From Patescibacteria group bacterium (GTDB taxonomy: Bacteria > Patescibacteriota > Patescibacteriia > CAIXNZ01): a stretch of 64,000 nucleotides of DNA. How positions within the stretch are numbered: the stretch's first letter is position 1; the number at the start of each line of letters is the position of its first letter. Shown in pieces: positions 19,722 to 27,505 of the stretch. The notes beneath the pieces were generated by a model. That model saw only the letters and a program-made list of their open reading frames with translations. It was not told where the DNA came from and did not search any database. The DNA is taken from the NCBI GenBank assembly GCA_041651155.1, contig JBAZJU010000003.1, forward strand, positions 19,789-83,788, written 5' to 3'. The position numbers and the translations under genes are program-made.

Positions 19722-19871
19722 GATTATATTTTATTTTTTTAATAATTAAATTTCGTTTTAATTTTAAATTTTTAATGACTAATTATTAATTAATTTTTTT
19801 AATGTTTTAATGCCTAAATTAAATCATTATAACATTTAGTCATTGATTAAAAATTAGAAATTAATCATTTG

Positions 19872-20150
19872 TCATTCACTGTAAACCTCCTCCAAATGCC
19901 AGGTTAAATTATTAGTATCAAAAACCAGCTTGAAAAAGTTGTTTTGGCTAGTGACTGAAAAATAAACCAGTTTGCCATCCCCTGTCCTTTTTTCATAAAC
20001 CAGATTAATTTTCTCAATAATATATTTCTTTTTGGTCCACTTTAAAGCATAGGGTTTAGGACCCCTTTTAGTAAAGATAACTATAACCTCAATCGGGTCG
20101 TTTAACTTAAGTAAGGGCATAAGGATTGAATAACAAATGACAAATACCAA
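19872..20150 (-). CDS. Hypothetical protein
   Basis: 92-aa ORF in an AT-rich region. Start uncertain. No family recognised. Confidence 0.25.
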   Translation of the reverse strand: MVFVICYSILMPLLKLNDPIEVIVIFTKRGPKPYALKWTKKKYIIEKINLVYEKRTGDGKLVYFSVTSQNNFFKLVFDTNNLTWHLEEVYSE

Positions 20151-20354
20151 ATATCAAAAAAATAACAAAATACTAAATTTAAATGATAAAACGTTTTAAA
20201 ATTAATTATTTGAGTTTTGAATTTATTTTGTTATTATTTATTGGGTATTTGTCATTTTAAGTTATTATACCCCGAACAGAAACCGAAGGCAATAAAAAAT
20301 CAAGGTTATTGGCCTTGATAGTATTATCAATACAAATAGAATTTTATTTATCGG

Positions 20355-21992
20355 CTAATTTTTTTGTCTAAATATGGCTGCACAGAGCATTAAATAGCCT
20401 ATTCCCAAGGGATGGTTTAAATACGGGCTGAACATGTTTACAGTCATCAAGACAATTAAGCCAATCAGGAAGCCAATTCGTATAAGGCTCGGCCTTGAAT
20501 TAATTTCATTTATATTTGAATTTATGACAGTTTGTTTAAGGCCGAGCCTTGAATGAATGCCCAAATAAAGTATTTGTCCTATTAAAAACAAATAAACAAA
20601 CAAACCAATAAACCCAATTTCCGTTACCGTATCCAAATACCCCCATTCAAAAGTGTAAGTTGTGTACCAGCCCTCGGGATTTGAATCATTTTTAATGCGC
20701 GGATCATCTGATTTGTATGTTAAACTAGTGCCAAAGCCAGTGCCTAAAAGAGGCGCTTTTTTAATTTGTTCAATTAAAACCGGCAATTGGTTCCAACGGC
20801 TAGATACTCCTGCTTCACCAAAAAAGGCAGTAAAGCGTGTTTTAAGTAAAGAAAATGCTAATTCTGAGGAAGGTTTGGGGATTGGGAAATTGGCGATAGA
20901 GAAAAACAACAAGATGTTGATAATCAGGGAAGAAAGAATAATTCCCATAATTTGTGCCAATTTTTTGAGCCGTAATTTTTCTTTAAAAATCAAATAAGCA
21001 AAGAGAGCAATAAATCCGACAATGGCACTGAGCCAAAAGGTGCGGGAAAAAGAGATTAAGATTGAGGTTTCAAGTATGATTATCATAATAATGGACCAGA
21101 CAAATTGTTTTCTCGGAACCGAAGAAGCGATTGGCCCCGAAGGGGTAAACGAATCGCTTCTTCGGTGGAGGAGTAATAAAATTAGGGAAAAAATAATAAA
21201 AATTCCAATCAAGCTCCATATCTGCGACTGGAAAAATATTCTAAAAAAATTAGCCCCGGCATAAGTAATCTCCCCTACCCTGGTATCGCGAATCCAGTGG
21301 TAAAGCAGATCCGATGTATTTAGAAATCCATGAGAAAAGAAGTATAAGGTTACAAATACTTTTAAGGAGACATAAGTTATTGAGGCGATTAAAATTTTTA
21401 GAAAATTAATAACTTGCTTTTCATTTTTAAAAACTTCCAGGAAAACAAAAAAGAGACCGAAATACAGATAACCGTTAAAATCAAAAAAAGTGTTTGCCAG
21501 ACCATTATGGTGTAATAGTCCATTGATAAACCCAATCCCGAGGAAGGCAATTAATAAAATAAAGTTTTGGATTAGGCGATCCTTTTTTATCTTATTTATA
21601 CCCCACTTTCTTGTCCGCCATAGCGTAAGCGACGGCGGAAGTGGGCAAGTTTTAGGCCTGCTAAAGCAGGGTATAAAACAATATTTTAATAACCAGACCA
21701 AAAAGACAATTAAGAATATTGCTAGACGAATCGGCGCTTTAAAGCCAGGTAATTGCAAGTAGAACAAATACCCATAAGAACCTATCATTAGTTCAATTAA
21801 AGCAATATAAAGACCATATTCTAGCTTATACAAGGTAAATAAAAGAACTGCGATTGAGATAAGAATTAAGAATATAGAAGATAGAAATGCTGATTTAAAG
21901 CTGATTAAGGAAAGTAATTCAATGAAAAAAATGGCTAAAATTAGCTTTATAATATTTATATTTAAGATTTTTTCAGGTGTATCTATTGACAT
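20355..21992 (-). CDS. Large polytopic membrane protein (possibly O-antigen ligase/polymerase-like)
   Basis: 545 aa with at least 10 predicted hydrophobic helices and a large loop. No catalytic motif confidently recognised. Confidence 0.4.
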   Translation of the reverse strand: MSIDTPEKILNINIIKLILAIFFIELLSLISFKSAFLSSIFLILISIAVLLFTLYKLEYGLYIALIELMIGSYGYLFYLQLPGFKAPIRLAIFLIVFLVWLLKYCFIPCFSRPKTCPLPPSLTLWRTRKWGINKIKKDRLIQNFILLIAFLGIGFINGLLHHNGLANTFFDFNGYLYFGLFFVFLEVFKNEKQVINFLKILIASITYVSLKVFVTLYFFSHGFLNTSDLLYHWIRDTRVGEITYAGANFFRIFFQSQIWSLIGIFIIFSLILLLLHRRSDSFTPSGPIASSVPRKQFVWSIIMIIILETSILISFSRTFWLSAIVGFIALFAYLIFKEKLRLKKLAQIMGIILSSLIINILLFFSIANFPIPKPSSELAFSLLKTRFTAFFGEAGVSSRWNQLPVLIEQIKKAPLLGTGFGTSLTYKSDDPRIKNDSNPEGWYTTYTFEWGYLDTVTEIGFIGLFVYLFLIGQILYLGIHSRLGLKQTVINSNINEINSRPSLIRIGFLIGLIVLMTVNMFSPYLNHPLGIGYLMLCAAIFRQKN

Positions 21993-22075
21993 TTTTATTG
22001 AAATGTGTTATTATAACTGCATTAGTCTAGGTTCATTTCGGAACCTGGCAGATATAATCTTTGAAAGGAAAGAAA

Positions 22076-22489
22076 ATGAAAAAGTTAATTTGTTTGGTAT
22101 TGGGCATGATCGTCCTTTTGCTAACCACCACCGCTTGCGCAAGCATGAACAAAAGCGTTTTCGAACCTGGCATCAGCATTGCTGCAACACCTGCTTTTCC
22201 TCAAGACGTTTCTTCTCCGACCTGGGCAGAACAAGCCGGCAAGGTAGTGACCACAAATCACTCCCCCAAAATAGTAGAAGTGGAAATTCGCTTCTATCCA
22301 TTTGGCCTTTCACAAAGAGGTCTTGTAATTGATAGATACTTTCTGCATTCTAACTGTTTCGGTGCTTATTTTGGTACAGATGGCGATTATTCCGCCACAA
22401 TCATCGAAGTGAATGGGTCTGTGACTCCGTTCGTCAAGAATTTTCGCCTCATAAAAGGTGAAAAGATTGAAATAACTTATGGTCAATAA
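22076..22489 (+). CDS. Small lipoprotein/secreted protein
   Basis: Signal peptide with lipobox-like LLLTTTACAS. RBS GAAAGGAAAG before the ATG at 22076. Followed by a terminator at 22517-22549. Confidence 0.5.
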   Translation: MKKLICLVLGMIVLLLTTTACASMNKSVFEPGISIAATPAFPQDVSSPTWAEQAGKVVTTNHSPKIVEVEIRFYPFGLSQRGLVIDRYFLHSNCFGAYFGTDGDYSATIIEVNGSVTPFVKNFRLIKGEKIEITYGQ

Positions 22490-22516
22490 GACCAACTTGT
22501 ACACAAAAATTGTGTT

Positions 22517-22549
22517 ACACCCTGTCAATTCTGGCGGGGTGTTTTTTTG
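22517..22549 (+). terminator. Intrinsic terminator (ACACCCTG...CGGGGTGT + T7); a near-identical copy lies at 23150-23186
   Basis: Hairpin plus T-tract read directly. The 25-nt hairpin sequence is duplicated about 630 bp downstream. Confidence 0.55.
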
Positions 22550-22557
22550 TGTATGTA

Positions 22558-23186
22558 TTGACATTTTTTTAAATATATGATAGTGTAATAATGCGGTTGG
22601 GAGGGCTGTATATACAGTTCGTTGAAGCGCATAACGCTAATATCCTACTCCAATCCATTTCAAATTGGTTTGGAAAAGTCTGCAATCACGCAGTCTTAAG
22701 ATATAAGCGTGCATCACCTGGCTGCATTAAAATTTTTTTCCCAGAAACTCGAAGGTTTGCGGCTTTTCCTGAGAGTACTTATTGGGGAAAAGGCATCAAT
22801 TCTGTAAAGAAAGAAGATGTCAAAGAGCCGATTTATTTATCATTTAACCTTGCTATTCTGGCAGGGTTTTTTATTTTTAAATTTTTGACTGGGGTTTGGG
22901 TTTGATTTTGAAAATTTAATTAAACTATTGACAAATTAATTATATTTTGTTAAGATATTTTTATGAGATTAAGGTAGAGCAACGAAAGAATTCCTAAATA
23001 AGGATCCAGTTTAGGAATTGTTTCAAATAATGGTGCCTTAACTATGGGCTCAGCTCTTTGCTGAGTGCAAACTGGTTAGCACACTCGATGTTCCTTGACC
23101 TTATCAAGTTCTGCATTGCATTATTATGCCTTAATCTCTGGCGAATATTCCACCCTGTCAATTCTGGCAGGGTGTTTTCTTTTTTA
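22558..23186 (+). ncRNA. Candidate noncoding transcription unit with two promoters (TTGACA at 22558 and 22928, each with an extended -10 TGtTAAGAT-type element), ending at the terminator 23150-23186
   Basis: No ORF with an RBS (the 104-aa ORF 22591-22905 lacks an RBS and has odd composition). Strong internal hairpins such as AATTCCTAAA...TTTAGGAATT. GC higher than the genome. Confidence 0.25.
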
Positions 23187-23204
23187 AATTTTTAGGTACG
23201 ATAC

Positions 23205-23585
23205 TTGACATTTTTATAATTTTTGTTAAGCTATATTTGTGTTAGGGAAGAGAGTCCTAAGTAAAAGGAAAACAGTATCGCCGAAAGTATGCTGCTGAAT
23301 GGATTTTTGGGGGTGATGGCAAAAGTCCCTCACAATTCAGGTAGGAAAGAACACGAAATCTTACAACTAGAAAGTAATGTTATTCTCGGCAAAGGGTACC
23401 CTTTGTTATCCTACCTTCCCTAACCGCTAATAGTCAGTTGAGGTGGAGAATGCCTTTGACACGGAGTGTGGAGGCGAGGGACGCCCATTCCTCAAGTAAG
23501 GGCTCAATCTCGGCTGGAAGTCCAGTTGCCTTACTCATCTCAACTGATTTGCTAATTACCCAGTCAACTGACCGGGTTTTTTATT
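23205..23585 (+). ncRNA. Candidate approx 360-nt structured ncRNA (TTGACA 23205-23210, extended -10 TGtTAAGCT, terminator 23559-23584); alternatively carries a weak 44-codon ORF (23289-23423)
   Basis: Promoter and terminator delimit a unit with no ORF of 60 aa or more. GC about 45%. Long-range complementarity GTCCCTC (about 23322) with GAGGGAC (about 23485). Confidence 0.3.
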
Positions 23586-23667
23586 TAAAGTAATTCATAA
23601 CTGCTTTTTATAATAGCAATATTTTAGGTAATTTAAAAGGGTATTCTGAAGCGAATACCCTTATTTA

Positions 23668-24651
23668 TTAAATAGCCATTTGGAATAATTCCTGATATTT
23701 TTTCAGGAATTCCTTGGCATGATTGCTGGCTCTGGCTGAACTTTCTCTGAGCATTTGGCGCAGGTCTTTTTCAGTCAGCTTGAATTCCCTTTCCTTTTCT
23801 CGGTATGGAGTGAAATATTGCCAAAGTGAAGTAGTCAGGATTTCTTTGCATTGTGTGCAGCTTAATGTTCCGGCCTGGCACTGCTGGTGGATTTTTTCCT
23901 GGCTGGCCATGTCCTTAATTTTGGGCAAAACATAATAAGCGTAAACGCAGCACTTTTTTGGATTGCCAGGATAATTAAGGCCCAATCGCGTGTCATCTGT
24001 CGGCATTTTGAAAACTTTTTTTCTGATCAATTCAAGACCATCAGTTGGACAGATAAAATTTTGGCGCTGACTGCTGGTTCTTTTCCCATCAAAGCCAGGT
24101 ATGGGCGGGACTGGCGGAATGATCACCTGAGGAAAAATAAACTCGCTCACATCCAGCTTTAAATTATGGCACAGATTACGGATAATCTTGTGCGTTAATT
24201 CCACATTGCCAGGAATACTTGAGGTTACAAATGGCGCCTCAAAAATGAGTACGTCTGCAAGTTCCTGGAGCGGATAGCTTAGAATTCCGGCATTGATTAT
24301 TTCTTTGTCCTGCTTTTTCCTTTTGGATACAATGGCTTTTTGCAAAATGTGAACAGGTGTTGCCTGTAAAAGCATTTGAAACATTTGGGCATGCTCAGGC
24401 ACCATGGATTGGGCAAAGATTGTGCTTTGCTCATAGTTTAAACCAGCGCACAGCCAGGATTTGAATATTGTTAATGTATCCTGGATTAAATTATCTGCTT
24501 TGGCAGTCGTCAGGGCTAAACTATTGTAGATGCCGAAAAAACAATCGTATCTTTTTTCCAGCCCAAGCCATTGGTCTATGACCATTAAATGTTTCAAATG
24601 GATAAAGCCAGTTGGCCTCATGCCAGAGAGAAATCTGAATTTTTCGCTCAT
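23668..24651 (-). CDS. Tryptophanyl-tRNA synthetase homolog of the [4Fe-4S]-cluster subfamily with degenerate HIGH (HLKH) and KMSKS (KRTSS) motifs
   Basis: N-terminus FLSGMRPTGFIHLKHL aligns to the Thermotoga-type TrpRS ILSGMRPTGKLHIGHL. The C-terminal C-x22-C-x6-C-x2-C cysteine motif matches the Fe-S TrpRS subfamily. The region around GKRTSS...IRKKVFKMPTDD aligns to GKKMSKS...VRKKVMKMVTD. Confidence 0.65.
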   Translation of the reverse strand: MSEKFRFLSGMRPTGFIHLKHLMVIDQWLGLEKRYDCFFGIYNSLALTTAKADNLIQDTLTIFKSWLCAGLNYEQSTIFAQSMVPEHAQMFQMLLQATPVHILQKAIVSKRKKQDKEIINAGILSYPLQELADVLIFEAPFVTSSIPGNVELTHKIIRNLCHNLKLDVSEFIFPQVIIPPVPPIPGFDGKRTSSQRQNFICPTDGLELIRKKVFKMPTDDTRLGLNYPGNPKKCCVYAYYVLPKIKDMASQEKIHQQCQAGTLSCTQCKEILTTSLWQYFTPYREKEREFKLTEKDLRQMLRESSARASNHAKEFLKKYQELFQMAI

Positions 24652-24751
24652 GATTGCCTCCTTGTCAAATAACCAATTTAATATCTAAATTTAGCGCATA
24701 ATATTGATTTTGTCAAGCTAAACCAATTTGTCGCATCAGGTAAATAACCAC

Positions 24752-24779
24752 TTGACTTTTTACTAAACTATGCTATAGT
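24752..24779 (+). promoter_or_regulatory. Promoter TTGACT-16-TATAGT for the rSAM-tmk-rSAM operon; RBS AAAGGAGAAAAATA-ATG
   Basis: Read directly. Divergent from the TrpRS-like gene, whose own minus-strand TTGACA-17-TAAATT promoter is in the same 167-bp intergenic region. Confidence 0.5.
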
Positions 24780-24818
24780 TTAGTATTCGCTCATTGAAAA
24801 TTTGAAAGGAGAAAAATA

Positions 24819-25817
24819 ATGGAAAGAAAAGTCATTAAACTTGATTTTAATGTTACTAATAGGTGCAATTTTCGTTGCAAACACTGCTGTTTTCGTTCTG
24901 GCGAAGTTAATTTGACAGAACTGCCTTTTGCCATGATTCAATCTGTTTTGACTGAATTCAAGGAATTGGGCGGTCGCAGAATTGACATCACTGGCGGTGA
25001 AGCCACAATGCGCCAAGATTGTTTTCAGATCGTTGAGCTCTGCAAATATCTGGGGTTTAAAACTGAATTAGTGACAAATGGCTCTCTGCTTGATGAAGAA
25101 AAATTGAAGCGCTACAAAGACCTCGGTCTTGATGGCATAGCGATCAGCTTGGATGGATCCAAGTACAAATTCTACAGCCAAATCCGGCCTGTGGCAGAAA
25201 AGATTTACAAAAAAATCCTTAAAAACATTGAACTGGCCGCGAGGTCTGGCTTTTACACCAAAGTCAATACGGTTGTCTTTGATTCCAATCTGCATGATCT
25301 GACGGCAATCACCCGTTTGGCCGTTGTCTTGGGCGCGCGCGAACAGGGCTTCTATTATTTCAGTCCCATTGGCCGAGGTGATTGTTTCACTGCCAATATC
25401 GCTGATCCGCTCAAATGGATGCAGGTGATCAGGCAACTACTGATTGAATTTTACAATAAGATCGAAATCTCCATGGAGACGCCGATCATTGAGTCAGAAT
25501 TCACCAGAAAAATCGATACTCATTGCTACATGGAAAGACCATGGCATTTGCAGATTTTGCCTGATGGCAATGTCTTCCCTTGCGCCATTATGTGCGCGCA
25601 TCAAAAACCATTGGCCAATCTCCATGAGCAAAGTTTGCGGCAAATCTGGGAAAACGAGACACAACTCCAGAAATATTTTGAGCAACAAACTCAGCCCTTA
25701 TTTAAGGACTGGGGTGGCTGCGTCAATTATCCGCAACTGCGAGGTAAAATTGCGAGCAACAAATATTCATTTGTCTGCTTGTGCAAAAAATTCAATCTCA
25801 AGGAATTAACCAGATGA
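24819..25817 (+). CDS. Radical SAM enzyme with C-terminal SPASM-type auxiliary-cluster domain
   Basis: CNFRCKHC (Cx3Cx2C) near the N-terminus. C-terminal Cys-rich SPASM-like region (CYMERP...PCAIMC...GGCVNY...CLC). Confidence 0.7.
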   Translation: MERKVIKLDFNVTNRCNFRCKHCCFRSGEVNLTELPFAMIQSVLTEFKELGGRRIDITGGEATMRQDCFQIVELCKYLGFKTELVTNGSLLDEEKLKRYKDLGLDGIAISLDGSKYKFYSQIRPVAEKIYKKILKNIELAARSGFYTKVNTVVFDSNLHDLTAITRLAVVLGAREQGFYYFSPIGRGDCFTANIADPLKWMQVIRQLLIEFYNKIEISMETPIIESEFTRKIDTHCYMERPWHLQILPDGNVFPCAIMCAHQKPLANLHEQSLRQIWENETQLQKYFEQQTQPLFKDWGGCVNYPQLRGKIASNKYSFVCLCKKFNLKELTR

Positions 25818-26398
25818 AAAGAACAAGAGGAAAACTAATTATTTTTGAAGGCATAAATGCTGCCGGCAAGACGTCTCTGATTCGACTTATTTTAAAGTTA
25901 CAGCCCGATTGGCTTTATTGCAAAGGGCAAGGTGACAAAAATACTTCGTGGGGACGTTTTGCCCGGCGTCATCCTTCAAGCCCCCTGCTTTTAATGGAAT
26001 TGTTAATCACCAATCTGTTAATTGTCAGGCCAGCTTTGAAAACCGGCAAGATTGTCCTGCATGATCGTTATTTTTTTTCAATCATGGCTTTTTATACCGC
26101 GCAAAAATGGTATAACCGGCTATTGGGAAAAATATTCCTGAAATTACTGGTTTTTCCTGACCAGATTTTCCTCGTGGACGTAAACACTGAGGAAGCGCTC
26201 AGGCGCTTAAGAAATGAAGAGCCGAATCAATTCCATCAGCTCTATCTGGCCAATCCCCAAATGATTAATCAGGAAAGAGGTTATTTGTATCAATCCCTGG
26301 AAAATTATCAAAACGTAATTAACATCTCTGGGAAAGATTCAAATAATTTGGCCTTAACAATTTCCGAGAAGATTGGAGGACCAATCAATGACAGCTGA
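25815..26398 (+). CDS. Thymidylate kinase (Tmk)-family P-loop nucleoside-monophosphate kinase
   Basis: The P-loop in LIIFEGINAAGKTS matches Tmk FIVIEGLEGAGKTT. DRY(F) motif (Tmk DRH/DRY). LID-like RRLRNEE. Start codon overlaps the rSAM stop (ATGA) and the stop overlaps the next rSAM start, indicating translational coupling. Confidence 0.6.
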
Positions 26399-27461
26399 AA
26401 ATCAAGAAATTAAGCTTAAAAATATCGGCTGGGGTTTTGGCATCTGCAATATGAAATGTCGCACCTGTTATTCCGCGGCTTGTAAAAAAGCCAGAGAATA
26501 CAGTTTTCTTGAATTAAAGATCGCCGCTGACAAACTTTGTCATGTGATACGATCTATTAATTACGGCACTGGCGAATTCATATTTAATCCTCATGTCACA
26601 AATCTCGCCGAGTATATTGCCTCATGCTATCCCCGCATTGAACAGGCCGTGACCAGCAATGGCACAACCATTATTCTGCTGGGACATGAGCGGCTCAAGC
26701 GCTTGTTTCATGACATAGACATTTCCATTGATTTTCCCAATCCGGAAAAACACAATGAAATGAGGCGCCATCCCAAGGCCTGGCAATGGTCCATGCAGTC
26801 CCTGCAAATTTGCCGGGAGGCCCGCATTGAGACCTCAATCGTCACCTGCATTACCAGCAAAACAAGAGACGAAGATATTATGGATTTTCTGGAGCTGGCC
26901 AGTAAATATGGCACTTCTTGGCGCTGTAGCTGGTTTAGGCAAAAAGGTCGTGGCAAATCCGATCTGCGCATTTTGGCGCCAAGATTCTGGCAGATTATAA
27001 AACTGCTGAGTAAGCATGCGATCTTTGAAGATTTGTCTGAACCAATACTGCAAGGTATGTTTGGCCAAGAAATTGAACGCCCGGGCTGTAATTGCGGTCG
27101 GGCTTCCTGCCGCATTCAGTCCAATGGTCTGGTCGCGCCTTGTACCTTTTTGGGCGGCCCTGAATGGTCAGCTGGTTCTTTGCTGGAACAATCAGTGGAA
27201 GAAATTTACCAGAGTCAGCCCTTTGCCAAGTTAAGAGCAAGGGATGTGCCCTTTTGCCATGATTGCCGCTACTATCCCAAATGCCAAGGCGGCTGTGCTT
27301 CCAGAGCTGTTTTACATTCTGGCGGACTAGATCTCCCTGATGATTTTTGCCCGATTTACAACAAGGTTGAAGTCGACATCAATCCAGGAGATATAAAAGT
27401 GATTAAGACAAATAAAGTTCACAGTGAATATTTGTGTACGACAATCGTACACCCTAAATAA
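26388..27461 (+). CDS. Second radical SAM enzyme with SPASM-type domain
   Basis: GICNMKCRTC (Cx3Cx2C). C-terminal CNCGRASC...PCTFLGG...CHDCRYYPKCQGGC SPASM-like cysteines. RBS GGAGGA before the ATG at 26388. Confidence 0.7.
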   Translation: MTAENQEIKLKNIGWGFGICNMKCRTCYSAACKKAREYSFLELKIAADKLCHVIRSINYGTGEFIFNPHVTNLAEYIASCYPRIEQAVTSNGTTIILLGHERLKRLFHDIDISIDFPNPEKHNEMRRHPKAWQWSMQSLQICREARIETSIVTCITSKTRDEDIMDFLELASKYGTSWRCSWFRQKGRGKSDLRILAPRFWQIIKLLSKHAIFEDLSEPILQGMFGQEIERPGCNCGRASCRIQSNGLVAPCTFLGGPEWSAGSLLEQSVEEIYQSQPFAKLRARDVPFCHDCRYYPKCQGGCASRAVLHSGGLDLPDDFCPIYNKVEVDINPGDIKVIKTNKVHSEYLCTTIVHPK

Positions 27462-27495
27462 AAGAAAAAAGAGTCCCTCGTGGGACTCTTTTATA
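27462..27495. terminator. Bidirectional intrinsic terminator (A-tract-GAGTCCCTCGTGGGACTC-TTTTAT) between the rSAM operon (+) and the MBL/cNMP gene (-)
   Basis: Perfect 8-bp stem flanked by A and T tracts. Confidence 0.55.
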
Positions 27496-27505
27496 ATTGT
27501 ATTAT

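Noticed and set aside
18275-19871. LexA/SOS box upstream of dinB
   Set aside because: No CTGT-N8-ACAG or Gram-positive CGAACRNRYGTTYC-like palindrome found in the AT-rich 19722-19871 upstream region. No lexA in the window.
22591-22905. 104-aa plus-strand ORF (MRLGGLYIQFVEAH...) inside the ORF-less region
   Set aside because: No Shine-Dalgarno. Begins immediately at a promoter -10. Composition unlike the genome's proteins. Lies inside a promoter/terminator unit better explained as ncRNA.
23289-23423. Calling the 44-codon ORF as a definite RiPP precursor peptide CDS
   Set aside because: Only a weak GGGGG stretch abuts the internal ATG. No Cys residues, which most characterised SPASM maturases require. 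Sits inside a terminator-bounded unit. Kept only as an alternative hypothesis in the findings.
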